Shown here: positions 25,083-37,156 of the stretch, piece after piece
Layout of the letters: each line of letters begins with the position of its first letter
Numbering within the stretch: the stretch's first letter is position 1
Origin: Octopus bimaculoides
Lineage: Eukaryota
Direction: 5' to 3'
Assembly (NCBI RefSeq): GCF_001194135.2
Contig: NC_068984.1
Location: 76,200,620 to 76,264,619 of the forward strand
Length of the DNA: 64,000 nucleotides
Notes under the pieces: model-generated
Seen by the model: the letters and a program-made list of their open reading frames with translations, nothing else
What the model was told of the DNA's origin: nothing
Databases searched by the model: none
Program-made: the position numbers and the translations under genes

Positions 25083-28000
25083 CTTTGGAGAAATGGTGTT
25101 GGAAATTAATCTCTCTGTTCTGTAGTGTGTGTGTGTGTGTGTGTGAACACTACAGAATGTAGTGTGTGTCTAGTGTTTACACTATATATATAGCAGAGGC
25201 TCTATATAAATGTAATTAAAAAAGTAGTAGTTATTGTTTGATTATTGTAAAATGAAATATGGTAGTGTATTGAAATTATGATTTTATAAAGAGGCCATCA
25301 TTAGAGATATTTACTACTAAAAAAAAATGTATGTTGTACTCCCTTCGAGGCAAACATCACTTAATTTCCAAACACACTACAGTTTTCTTTATAACAACTA
25401 AAATTTTCTTCAATTTTTTATTTTAACATCAATCAAAGTATATATTTATTCAATTGTTTAATTGGTAGTTTGTTGTACACTTTTTTCTCTTCAATTAAAT
25501 GTGTTTCCTGCGAACAGAAATCAACCATTAAATTGCTTTATATTACAAGTGCATTAAAATCGCCTTCATACAAAATGAAGATTCTGTTAAGAGTGAATAT
25601 TGCATGCAATGCAATTAAGAGTTAAAGCTTAAATTCCTAAATAGATTTATCACCAAGTAAACAATGAAACACACACACACACAAACCTACTCACATTCAC
25701 TCACACACGTATATATATTAAAAAGAAGAAAAAGAGAAAATGAAAAATCCAAAATTGTAATTGTGTTTACGAAGTGGAATAGTGAATAATCTTAATATGA
25801 CAAATTTCTTTTAATTGAGATTGCTAAAGATGAATTTATACAGAATTTCTACAGAATATTTTGATTAAATGTTTTATAAGAAAAACCAAAATATTTTTAT
25901 AAGAAAAATTAAGACGTTTTATAAGAAAAATGAAAATAGCTTAGAGAGACAAAGGCAATAATAAAGAGTCTTAATCTAACCTCCTTCATGTGATGCAGTG
26001 TGTAAAAGGGGTATTTATTTGTGTCTTTTTAAAAATTCTAATTTCCTATCCTAGAACTTATGGAAGTGTTCTATTTGGATACTTAAATTTCTCTTTTTTG
26101 CATGTGGTAGTGTTGTTGCGTGAGTGAGTATGTGTAGATGGTGGGGTAATTGAAAAAAATTTGGTGGAGAAGGTCATTTAGTGGAGGAGCACTCTGAGAC
26201 TAGTAAATTTAATGTTGTTGATGTTCAAAGAAAAGTAGATGGATTTTAGTTAGATGTAAAACACTAGCAGACCCTAACCTCTGATAATTCTGTAACTGAT
26301 ATGGGTTTAAGTAAACCAACTTTAAATGACTACTAGAAAGAATGGAAACATTGTTGTGTTTCAGGGCATTTGTAGTAGGGTACATGTAATGATGTTAAAC
26401 CAAGAGCTAGTTGGATACCTACACTGTCTGAATTTGTCTCCAGCTTTATATTTATATTATTTCAATAACAGAAGATTTGTAGAATAAGGATATCCTTTAG
26501 ATATAAACCAGGTAAGGGTTGGTGACAGGAAGAGCTCCTTCTTAAACCATGCCAGCATGAAAAATGGACATTGAATAAATGAATGAGTCCAGAATAGCAT
26601 CAGATTTAATGCTTTACAGTAGTTAATTGTATCCCTTTACATTCTGACAAATTCTTTATCATTTACTTTTCTGTAGGAGTCATAAAAACAATGTACTAGT
26701 CGGATATCAGAGATGATCTAATCAATTAATTCAAACCCTTCTCCAAAATTTGAGACCTTGTATCTGTGCTCCAAATCCTGAAATATGTCTATCGTTTTCA
26801 CCAGCTGGCTTTAAAGACAAGATTAACACCTGTGTTAAGTTGTTTACATCTGTCAGTTACATATAATGTTTGCTAAAATCTATAGATATATTCAGTAGAG
26901 TAGCATTAACATGCTAATCATTTTGTAATTATACTAGCCAATCCATCAATTATGCAAATAAGTCTACCCAATGTACTCAAGCCCTTAATAGTTGTCAGTT
27001 GAAGTGTTTTCTCTCTCTAGATTATATGTCTGATATTCAACCATGTTAATATAACAAGTTTCAGTATATTTTTCATCTCTAAGGGAAAAGAAAAACAAGT
27101 TGGTGGAGTTGCATCTGTGAAAAAACAATGTAGGGTGATGGTGGTGGTGATGTTGCATCTGTAATATATGAATTCTATTTTCATTTTTCCTGTACTCCAC
27201 TTCCTTTTGTGCCATATTTTACCTTGTTTTATTATGGCTACTTATTCCTCTTCGCCACTGACATAATATAATGATGAGAATATTGTTTAGCCCCTGAGTC
27301 AAACCTGATCAGATAGACTTGTGATTAAAGACATTCCAACAATGATCAACTTGCCTTTGTGCAATTTTTTGCTGGCTAAGACCAGCCTCAGATTGCCCAA
27401 CAATATGACCTTCGAAAATCTGACAGTTCTGCTGAATTTTTGTGCGTGGTATGGTTACTCTTCGCAAATGTTTAATATAATGGCACCTGGAATGAAAAAG
27501 AATGATTACATTGTAAATTCTACACCGTTGAAAACATTAAGACACTTAGATCAGAAATTTTGAAAATTAAAGGTGTCTATTTACTTCCTGCATGTCCGTG
27601 TATATATATACATACACTCATATATACTTGTGTACACACACACACTCATATATACTTGTGTACACACACACTCACATGACAGACTTCCATAGAGTTTCTA
27701 TCAAATTCACTCACAAGGCATTTGTCAGCCCATGCTATAGGCCTAAAGCACCATGTGGACAGACTGGGCCCAAAACCATTCTGTTACAAAGGAAATTTCT
27801 TTACCGAACAGCCACTGAAAATTTTTTTTAAGAAATGAAGGAAAATGGTCATGGCTGGAATATTGTTAATTATAGGTCTCAGGCTTGAACTGCACTAAGC
27901 AGCAGCAACAACATATTTTACTGCATCTTTTTTGAGACCAATTTATATTTTTTTATGGAAATTCTTGTATGATTGCATGAGGACATTATATTTTTTCTGT

Positions 28001-28678
28001 TCAGCTCCTCTGGTATAATCATCAATAGATTTTGCAATAGATAAATTTATTATTTATGATAGTGCTGACAATGAATTCTTTATAGCAGGAAAACTTTTAT
28101 GTAGTTGCTTGATATGCCAATATAGTATTCATAACTGCTGTAATAATCTTCCCACTGATATTGTAGTGTTTTAGCAATATAGAATGTTTAACATGGTTAT
28201 AAATCTAAGTTTTGAGATGAGTTACCATCAATGCTGAAAGAGAAAAATTTTGGATCACTTGTCCAAAGCTTTGTGGTTGAGAATGTGTTGGAATCATGAA
28301 TAAAATGAAAGATTTTAAGTCCAGTCTCCCCACTTAGAGTATATGTATTATTATAGTTTAGCTCCAAGTCAGCACTGCTGGATCAAAGGTGTTCTAACTG
28401 TGAGCTGTGACCATCTCATTGTCTATTTGGTTATAGTGCATCCAGGGCCACATTAATCATTGTGTCTTTCTCTTTTTAAGATGTTAGGGTGTGAATTGAG
28501 AAAATTTTACTACTATTTCATGCTTGTTGAGTATCCACTTAGAAGCTCTCTCTGCTTGGCTCATAATGACCTAATGTACATACACATACCTGATGATAAA
28601 CAAGGATGAAACTATTTGAAACAGTTTGACTCAAAAAGAGTTTGGAAGTTTGTTTTGTCAATTTTCTACTTGTTTTAA

Positions 28679-28896
28679 CCCTTCAGCATTTAAACCAACT
28701 ATATCCAGCCCATATATTTTAACTATTTTATGTTCAAACCAGTTAGATCCAACCTCTTACACCTATCCTACAATATCACTCTAAAAGTAAAGTTACATCA
28801 TTGAAATCTTAAAGCTACAAGATAAGGCATGGTTAATTCATAGCAATATAAATAAATAAGCATTACATTCAATAGGGTTATCTGGACACTAAAAGG
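28679..28896. mobile_element. piggyBac-like MITE (family P2)
   Basis: TTAA at 28675-28678 and 28897-28900, ends CCCTTCAGC...CACTAAAAGG. Related half copy at 49325-49405. Confidence 0.65.
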
Positions 28897-29599
28897 TTAA
28901 TCAAATTAGCTGACATTAGTGTTAGATTTAAACAATATGTTAGTATTGTGGTCCTGCATTATCAGTAGAGTGTCAGACAAATGCCATGCGATATTTAATC
29001 AAACTTTTGTACATTTAAATTTAATTCCTGTGAAGGTCAGCTTTTTCTTTCATTCTTCTATGAGTTGATAAATATATACAAGTTTAGATCTAGTAGCGAT
29101 CTTCATTGACTATACACACCCCTAAGTTTGAGGCCTTGTGCTTATTATAAAAATAAATCTTTATATGACATACTTAATGTGTATTTATCGTTGAAGAATC
29201 AGAAGCTGCAATGTTTGTCTCGGGGAAAGATCCCTTTATAGAGGTAGTGTGTTAAAAACCCACAATATACTTCAGAACTAGACATAATGAAATTGTTTCA
29301 TAAGCAACTGCAAGAGTGACACATTTCACTGTTTTTGCAGTTTGTCAATACCATGCACTTAAGTCACTTCCAATACATAGTCACATTGGCCAGTCTGTAG
29401 TGTATAGAATCACTGAATAAACAGCTCAGTGGATTTTCAAAGGGGCTACTAGCTGAATAAAATTCGAATTATGCAATAGAAATATTGAAAATGACATCTT
29501 GACATAAATACATATTCCAGTAACTCAGGAAATAAATTTTCTTGAAGTTTAAATACATAGATGTCTCTTTTTTTATTTGCATCTCATTGTTCAGCTGAA

Positions 29600-29895
29600 C
29601 ACAGGTTGGTTGTATGGCTAAGTAGTTCACTTCTCTATCATGAGATGTTGGGTTCAATCTCATTATGTAACATCATGGACAAGTGTCTTTTACCATACCC
29701 TTGACATTGTGAGTGATATTGGATCAACAAAAATTGTGGTGAAGTCCATTATACCTGTCATTCAAAAGTTCAGCTTTGTCACAACACTGTCACACTAACT
29801 CAACTTGAAAATTATAGTAAGAGTTCGTATATCTGTGGAATACTCCAGCACTTACATGAATTTCACATGTAAATAGTTCTGTTTATGGAACAGCT
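29600..29895 (+). mobile_element. Old SINE: family A head joined to family D-type tail
   Basis: Head TGTATGGCTAAGTAG...GGGTTCAATC. Tail TACCTGTCATTCAAAAGTTCAGCTTTGTCACA...TCTGTGGAATACTC.AGCACTT aligns by eye to 53480-53600. Confidence 0.5.
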
Positions 29896-30249
29896 GTTAT
29901 GAACTCACCTGCACACATGTCCCTGTTGAATCTCTTCCCTCAAAACATATCCTCCAAACACCTTTTCCCCTGTATACACTTACTACATCCTCCCCTTTTG
30001 CAATCTCACAGACTTAACCACCCACTCACCCTGTCCTGGTCCACTTCACTACATACACCTCCCTGTAACTTGAGTATATACCCAGTCATATCTTCACCAT
30101 CTTATCTCTCTCTCTCTCTTTGGGTTAGCCATGTATCTCCTTCACTGCAAGACACCTATTTCTGCTTCTCTGTTGATACTCTAACTTCTCATCACCTGGC
30201 ATAAAGCCACCTCCCTCAATACTCCTCCCACTTTGGTTGATGAGTCTTA

Positions 30250-30400
30250 CAAGTTATTTGGTGACCTCGGTGTCACATAAAAAGCACCCAGTACATTCTA
30301 TAAAGTGATTGGCTTTAGGAAGGGCATCTGACTTGCTAGCTTCTGTCAAAACGTCCAACCTGTGCCAGCATGGAAGGAGAACATTAAATGATGAGGATGA
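30250..30400 (+). mobile_element. RTE-type 3' tail copy
   Basis: AAAAAGCACCCAGTAC...GGAAGGGCATC...CATGGAAG...TAAATGATGAGGATGAT. Confidence 0.7.
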
Positions 30401-30747
30401 TCTGTATCCCACACAACCAAACACTACATACAATAATTTGTAGTCAGGTCTTTCAACTGAACCAAGCATGAGATGTCTAGTACCCTAGACTGTGGGTTGC
30501 TTTCGCAAATATTTAATAAGCTGTCTCAATCATAGAGCTATTTGGAATTGCCAGCAACAACACCAGCAATTAATATATGCATGTGCTTGTAAACCTATCA
30601 AATTAATATTAGCACTCAAACATGTTAAAAGAAAAAAAAGTATGGTTGATCTTTTTCAATTTTATCAAATGTTATGAAAATAACATTAACATGCTTAGGT
30701 CTTTTCTAAATTAAACCATTTAAAAGAATATTTAATTCCTCTTGCAG

Positions 30748-30905
30748 ATCTGAAACCATGGATACAAGTGTCCAACGCCGTCTAGTGCATCAGAATAGTG
30801 AAGGACAAGATGTTGAATCTGAGGATTCAGACGAAGAACAGAAATACCTCCAAGATCCTGGAGAATTTGCTTACAACAAAAGAGTGAGCGTACCTGCCAT
30901 TCCTG
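30748..30905 (+). CDS. Coding exon of an unidentified host gene (acidic N-terminal segment MDTSVQRRLVHQNSEGQDVESEDSDEEQKYLQDPGEFAYNKRVSVPAIP)
   Basis: Acceptor TTAATTCCTCTTGCAG, strong Kozak AAACCATGG (ATG 30758), non-repetitive codon-like sequence with retained CpG, donor CTG|GTATGT at 30906. Alternative donor ATT|GTAAGT at 30940. Confidence 0.75.
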
Positions 30906-30991
30906 GTATGTTAATTGTCTTAGGACTTGTTGGAGAATTGTAAGTACACTCATAATTTATTATTAATATTATATTTTTGGATTGTTTTCAG

Positions 30992-31046
30992 TGTTAGACT
31001 ATTTCATCTTTTACAAGTCATGGGATGGAACTAAGCAATTGGCTCT
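30992..31046 (+). CDS. Probable next coding exon (VLDYFIFYKSWDGTKQLAL)
   Basis: Acceptor TTTTTGGATTGTTTTCAG after an 86-nt AT-rich intron, phase-1 frame continuity, weaker donor CT|GTAATT. Confidence 0.5.
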
Positions 31047-31199
31047 GTAATTATTTTGTAGAGACAAGGAATATAATTTCTATTCGTGTATGGCTTATTT
31101 TGAGAAGGAAAGGGAAGAAAAAATTGTTATCCCTGGGTCAGTGCCATAAGAAGTAGCACGTTTGGATATTTTTTTACTTGCTGGGTTTGAAGGAAAGGA

Positions 31200-31520
31200 G
31201 CAGTGCCCATGACCTTTGGAAGCCCTACAAGGTCAGTGAGATTGATGCCATTAGTGTTCCTCTTGGACCTTTGTAGTCAATACCAGCCTCTAAGACATGA
31301 GCAAGTGGGGAATTCTGTAGGGCCAACATTCTGGAACGGAAGTTTGAGTATAGGCATAGAGATTTGTGTAGGGTCTGAAAGTTGAATACAGTAAGGTGTA
31401 AGTTGAGTAGGTCAAAAATACTTGAGTGGAAGTGGTTATGAGCCTGGACAGCTTCATGGAGCAAAGACCATTATAGCAGTAGTAGTAGAAAAGGCAGAAA
31501 GAGAAGTCTCTGCCTGTGGG
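31200..31520 (-). mobile_element. CR1/L2-group LINE 3' remnant
   Basis: Minus translation FCLFYYYCYNGLCSMKLSRL and LQRSKRNTNGINL resemble the SL.LFY.YY.G.CS.EL...L..FK..IN C-terminus of CR1-group ORF2. Confidence 0.6.
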
Positions 31521-31805
31521 CCAAAAGTTAAAGCATATTTGTGAGTTAGGTGGATTTTTTTAATTTTTATGTAATCTTGGATGCTGAGTGTGCAACTGCA
31601 GCATTGTCCTACATGTTATGTGCAATTAATACTCCATTGTAGATGTCACCTATTTTTTTTGTCAATTATCAATTATTGTTGGAGACTGGCTCTGAAAAGA
31701 AGGGCCAGTTTGGGCTGTGACATTGTGTTTTCTTCAGGAGACCTTGTTCAAATGCTTTAAACATAGTGGACTCCACTAAAAACATATTCTATGTAATTGT
31801 GTTAA

Positions 31806-32029
31806 CACTTTTGGAATCACCCCATCTGAGACTGTCCCCTGGCTCTATGATACAAACTTCCTGAGTTAACATGATCTAAATTAAAACCTTCTATCAAAAT
31901 TCTATGTTAATTTATATTCCAAACACGGGCTTAATAAGGACATAGTTTTTTGCATTAAATTCTTTGTTATAATCAAAACTGATTGAAACATAGGTTGTAT
32001 GTCTCATCAGAAGTATGGTAACAAAAGGG
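31806..32029. mobile_element. piggyBac-like MITE (family P1)
   Basis: TTAA 31802-31805, right end TGGTAACAAAAGGG followed by CTTTAA. Internal ATACAAACTTCCTG...TGATCTAAATTAAAACC shared with 62747-62958. Confidence 0.7.
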
Positions 32030-32924
32030 CTTTAACCAGGCACCAGATTAAGTCTACCACCAACATTTGATAAGATTCTGCACATTTTCTGTGATAAAAA
32101 ACATTTTCTCAGGGTGCCATTGCATCAAACAGATGTTTTATAAATAATTTCTATTCTCTTTTCGCTGTTATTCAAATTTGTGAGCATCTAGTTCAAAAAC
32201 ATAATTCAAGTGACTTACAAAATTCATTGCAAAAATTATTAAAATGACAGGAATATGAGAGGTAAATAGCAAACAAAAACAAGTCAATATCCTTGAAGTG
32301 TAAATAACCCAAGATGGAAGTCAATTTAAATCACTCTTTAATTTAAATAATGTTCCACTACTAGGGATTGTGGGTTATAGAGGCATTTATAGCTGTAGCT
32401 AAGGTACCAAATTAGTAGGGTCTTTAGAGCATTGGATAAGATCCCTTGTGGTATTTGTTCCAATATCCTATACTCTGAGTTCAAATCTTCCCATGTTTAC
32501 CTCTGACATCATCTTTTCAAGGCTGATAAATAAGTAACAGTCTAGGATTGTGGATTGGTGGATTTGTTAGTATGTTGGATGGGATCTCTTGTGATCTTAC
32601 CTGCTTTGTTACTTTGCTTTCTGATAAAGACAGTGTCTGCAACATCAACACCACTGGTGCAAAACTATGTCAGTCCTGCTTTTCCTTTGGATAGTATTGG
32701 TATATTGGAGTGGAGGAGATTTGCATGCATAGGCAATTGCAAATCATCCAGAAAAAAAAAAACCTTGTTCTACTCTTTGATTGGTTTCCAGGAGTTTATT
32801 GAGACATACAGCAACAATACTCGGTAGTAAAATGTAGCATCACATAGAGATTCAACTATTTATATATTATTATCATTTAAAGTGATGGATTGGCAAAATT
32901 GTTAGAACTTCAAACAAATTGCCT

Positions 32925-33545
32925 TTCTGTATTTCATCCAGTTCTTTACATTCTGAGTTAAAATCTTGCTGAGGTCAAATTCACCATTCATCCTTTGGGG
33001 ATTTATTAAATAAAATGCCAGTCAAATACTAGGGTTGATGTAATTGACTAACGTGCCATCCCCTAGGGCCAGATTAAGACTCACCGAGACCCTAATTACT
33101 TAAAAGATTTTGGTGCCCCCATAAAAGATTATGTAATTCAAAATATAAACAATAACAAACCATAAAATAAGTTTATATTTTTCAAAATGAAACAAAACAG
33201 TAACAAGGAAAATAATGTTTATTTTTGTATACTTCCACTTTATTTATATTTCAAAAGTTTCCTTCTACTTTTTTGAATTGCAAAGTCTTTGATCAGATCC
33301 TCAAAATTAATCTTAGATAACACATCTGCGTCTATGCTTAGTAGAGATAAAGGCATCCTGAATATTATTTTAGCAAGTTTAAAGTGATTTCTTTTGTGCC
33401 GTAAATCATTTACCATTTCTGTGGTTCCCTCTCCTTCCCTTGATGCCCTATGCACATGCTTATTTTGCTTAATGGTTAATCCAGCACTGCCATTCCCTCT
33501 TAACACTGATAGCCTTGTGCCTAAATTAGAAATGATTATTTGAAT
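32925..33545 (+). mobile_element. Old family B SINE interrupted by a hAT element
   Basis: 5' part CATTCTGAGTT.AAAT...GAGGTCAA...CATCCTTTGGGG before 33064. 3' part GCCTTGTGCCTAAATTAGAAATGATTATT after 33489. Confidence 0.65.
33064..33489 (-). mobile_element. Internally deleted hAT transposon retaining the transposase C-terminus
   Basis: TIRs TAGGGCCAGATTA / TAATCCAGCACTG (9 of 13 match), 8-bp TSD CCATCCCC / CCATTCCC. Translation KLAKIIFR..LSLLSIDADVLSKINFEDLIKDFAIQKSRRK resembles the end of the hAT dimerisation domain. Confidence 0.85.
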
Positions 33546-34840
33546 GGATTTAAGGTGGTAGATTAGCAAAAACATTAGAACATTGGGCCAAATGCTTTGC
33601 TGTATTTCTTCAAGCTCTTCATCTTCTGTGTTCTAATCCTACCAGGGTCATCTTTGCCTTTCATCTCTCTTGGGTTGATAAACTAAAGTACAAGTCAAGT
33701 ACTAAGTTCAACATTAAACACTCCTTCATCAACCCAAAAGGAATGGTGTATTTGACTTAAGCAAAACTAAGTTATGCCCTAAAAATTTCTGTCCTTATGT
33801 CTGTGTTAGAAACGGTGATTATTTACATAAAATTATTTTATTCTTCTCTTCACCAAAAGGTTATAGTTGCAATTAGCTTAGTAGGATTTCCAATATTGTT
33901 ACAAAGGCCACAATTTATGAGGAAGGCACAACTAATTAAATGGAACCAGTATCTAAGTTATTTTATCAGTTTTGTTGCACGTCTCTGCTCTGGTCATTAA
34001 TACCAAACTCTGCTTTCTTATACTTCAGGCTGTTTTTATTTTTCATAGCTACAATGACTATTGCAATGCAATTGTTTTAGTCCCAACACATGATCTCAGT
34101 TCAGTTCACTTACCAAATGAGCACAACTCAGATATTTAGCTATTTTCTTTTATACTCTTTATTTCTCAACATGAACTATTTTTTAATAAACTTAATGACT
34201 TGATACAAACTTCTACTTAAACAAAGCAATTCTTTAGATAATACATTTTAATATCCCACTCTGTCAAAATATTTCTTTCTTTTCAATAACACAATTCAAG
34301 AAGCAGATGGTCATATTGTGATTTGTATTTTAGATGTCTATGAGACGCATTATTTTAGAAACAAATGAAATAGTATTTTTTCCCCCCACTGTCTACTTCA
34401 CAATATGAACAGTCCTGAAATACAGCTGCATCACTTTCATTATTATAATCATCATCAACACAATATGACTGCTTAGGAATGTTTCTTTTCAATTTCATTC
34501 CTGTTTCAGTAGGTTTGTTCATTTGTCATCGTTTGAACTATATGACATTGTGAACACTTCAAGACTGCATAATATTGTTTCCATTTGTATTTGGTGGTAA
34601 TTTGTAGTGTTTTAGTAATCCCAATATTTCTAGCGGTAAACTTAACTTAGTGGAGTTCACTCTGTTGCAAGTATTCAGACCAGTATGAGATGTTTTAGCA
34701 CAACTGTTATGGCTCCATCCATTTAGCATCACTGATTCAATATTGATTCATTTCACAGCTTACGTTTTAATCTCTCTCTTTCTGTTTACATGTATGAGCA
34801 TATTTCTCCAAGTGTGTGTGTGTGTGTGTGTTTGCTTGCT

Positions 34841-34945
34841 TTCAGTGCCAAAAAGTACTGTTGTGAAAAAAAGGTTCAGTGTCCAGTCAGCCATGCCAAA
34901 TTGCCAGTATCCAAAGCAGCCATGCCCAGCCATCTCATTCTGCTG
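34841..34945. repeat. Unclassified dispersed repeat (second copy at about 58125-58232)
   Basis: AAAAGTACTGT...AGGTT.A.TGT...GTCAGCCATGCCAA...CAG.ATCCAAA.CAGC...CCCA..CAT.TCATTCTG present in both, each after a GT tract. Confidence 0.65.
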
Positions 34946-35083
34946 ATCTGCTTGGTTCTTTTGACATAAACTATATCAGTTTCATTATACACCTTCTCCT
35001 TTTACTAACTGTTGTGTTTCACTCATTTAGAAAATATATTGAATGTTCATAACCACAAGTTACACAACTCATTTCCTAGCATC

Positions 35084-36423
35084 ATCCTCCCCGTGCATAG
35101 TAGTATCACCCCCTTTTCTGGCTGCCAGCACATTCATCTTTCATCTCATGAGTTCCACATGGTTGCACAAGACTTCTCTTGAGAGTTCTATACATATACA
35201 TATCAGAGTATCAAAATCAGCAACCCAATGCAACTCATATTATTCCTCTTCAAACATTTTAGCTTTTTACATCCTGCACTTCATCTCAGTTGAGGACTTG
35301 ATGAAATTTTCATGTTTAATCTTCAACAGCACACCTAGCATTGTCAATAATACGCTGCCCCCACTTCTTCTATAACTCTGGTGTTGGTGTCGTGCCTAGT
35401 CTGGGGACTTGATATGGTCGCACCATCACTGTTAGGCATCCTTGCAAACTCAGCGTGAACCATTGTTCTAGGTGTTGTGCTCAATTTTGGTTCTGATTCC
35501 CATGTGTTTAGCAGGGCCAGTTGCTCAACTGCTACTAACTGCAGTGTGCAACCCTCCTTCTTAATCCATGCTGTATTCTTTCCAGCATGAATCACATCTT
35601 TTGCTTTGGATGCAACTTTGTCGAATATGATTTTGTGTACTACATCCTCACCTATTTCAAAGAATGGGTTTACAGCAACCGTCAATGGTCTTTTCATTAA
35701 CTTTTCGGATGGTGATAATTTATGACTACCCAAGGAACTCCAATGGTTGAACAGAATTTTGTTCAAGTAATTGCCAAAATTCCTTGTCTTCAAATCAAAA
35801 TGATTCTGTACAGCTTCCACAGTTTGTACAGCCCTTTCAACAGTGCCATTAGATGCTGGACTGTGAACAGGTGTCTCAATTATTCTGCAACCTATTGATG
35901 ACAACATATTCTTTGATGCAACAAATTCAGGCCCAATGTTCGATACTAAAGCTGTAGGCACACCATAACGAATGAAGACCTCAAGCAGCTTGCTTTTTAC
36001 CACCTCAGTCAAGCAATTAAGATACAAGCGGGCTTCGATCAATGTTGAATAGGCATCTACAATTACAAGTATGTTACCAATGTTTGGAACATATGCCCAA
36101 TTCATATGCACACATTCCCAGGGCCCAGAAATAGGCCATGAATCATTTGCGTTTACTAAATTTGGCCTAAATCTCTGGCAACTATCACAAGATTTGACAA
36201 ACTTCTCTGCCGAGTAAGCCAACTCAGGCCACCAAACACAGAGTCGTGCCTCCTTAATTGTTTGTTGAATGCCCATGTCTGTGTCATGTAGTTTAGTTAT
36301 TACTGTGGCTCTATAAGGTGCTGGAATAAACAGACGATTTTTATGATATATTAAGCCATTTTCGCATGTTAGAAAATCCTTTGCTTTAACAAATGCACTT
36401 CCCAGATTTAAGATCATCTCCAA
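35084..36423 (-). mobile_element. Gypsy/Ty3 LTR retrotransposon remnant: integrase, polypurine tract and probable 3' LTR start
   Basis: ORF 35344-36423 has a degraded HHCC finger (LHDTDMG...CDSCQ) and rve core (HMNW, GVPTALVSNIGPEF, SPASNGTVERAVQT). GGGGAGGA at 35092-35085 is followed directly by TG. Confidence 0.9.
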
Positions 36424-36474
36424 TTTTGCTGTAAATTCTTTCTTTTATTTTGTTATATAATGCATTTGCATTTA

Positions 36475-36677
36475 CACTAATCCCTCACCATATCGCGGTT
36501 TATTATTTAAGCTTACGTCGATCCTTTCATGGTGTTTGTTTTGCATTTATAATAAAATAAATATATACAGATTATAAAAATACAAAAAAAATATACAGTA
36601 CTGTTTTTACTTCATGGATTTTCACCTATCACGGTGAGGTTTGGAATGTAACACCCACAATAGTCGAGGGATTACTA
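36475..36677. mobile_element. pogo/Tigger-like MITE
   Basis: TA 36473-36474 plus CACTAATCCCTC; GAGGGATTACTA plus TA 36678-36679. About 200 bp. Confidence 0.65.
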
Positions 36678-36769
36678 TAGTTGTTTTTGAATGCCTTCCA
36701 TCATTACATGGTCAATGTCCTGCTACACACTGTTGCATTTGTCTAAATGCGAAGCAAAGAAAATTATAT

Positions 36770-36895
36770 CATCATCATCATCATCGTTTAACGTCCGCTT
36801 TCCATGCTAGCATGGATTGGACGATTTGACTGAGGACTGATGAACCAGATGGCTAAACCAGGCTCCAATCTGATTTGGCAGTTTCTACAGCTGCA
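36770..36895 (-). mobile_element. RTE-type 3' tail copy, young
   Basis: (CAT)n CGTTTAACGTCCGCTTTCCATGCTAGCATGG, same terminus as 49240-49324 and 46466-46560. Confidence 0.8.
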
Positions 36896-36965
36896 CCATC
36901 GTTAATACAGTTCTATAATTAAGAGATTTGGTTTGACAGATATTTGTCCTCATCTTTTTTGTTCT

Positions 36966-37010
36966 TCACACGTTTCGGCTGATATACCCTCCAGCCTTCA
37001 TCAGGTGTCT
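36966..37010 (-). ncRNA. Minimal type I hammerhead-like motif of the Penelope-like element, degenerate
   Basis: Minus: ACAC-CTGATGA-A-GGCTG-GAGGGTATAT-CAGCC-GAAA-C-GTGTG. 5-bp stem II and ACAC/GTGT stem I. The cleavage nucleotide H17 is missing. Confidence 0.6.
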
Positions 37011-37081
37011 TGGGGAAATTTTGAACCTGGGTTCTCATTCCTAAGGTATTTTTTGATATTATTATTATTATTATTATTATT

Positions 37082-37156
37082 CAGGTCACTGCCTGGAATC
37101 GAACTCGGAATCTTGGGGTTAGTAGCCTGCGCTCTTAACCACTACGCCATATGCCC
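37082..37156 (-). pseudogene. tRNA-like Pol III module inside the Penelope-like 3' region
   Basis: A-box TGGCGTAGTGG (37149-37139), B-box GAGTTCGATTCC (37106-37095), loop CTACTAA. Acceptor, anticodon and T stems are partly mismatched, so not a functional tRNA. Confidence 0.7.

Noticed and set aside
30758-31046. Resemblance of the exon peptides to AdipoR (F.YK.W.G) or two-pore channel N-termini
   Set aside because: Only a few scattered residues match. Not enough to name a gene.
31738-31792. Possible third exon (RPCSNALNIVDSTKNIFY)
   Set aside because: Phase-compatible, but the donor is weak (TAT|GTAATT), there is no recognisable similarity, and it is expected by chance.
37082-37156. Functional tRNA-Ser(ACT) gene
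   Set aside because: Acceptor, anticodon and T stems each have two or more mismatches, and the unit is embedded in a retroelement.
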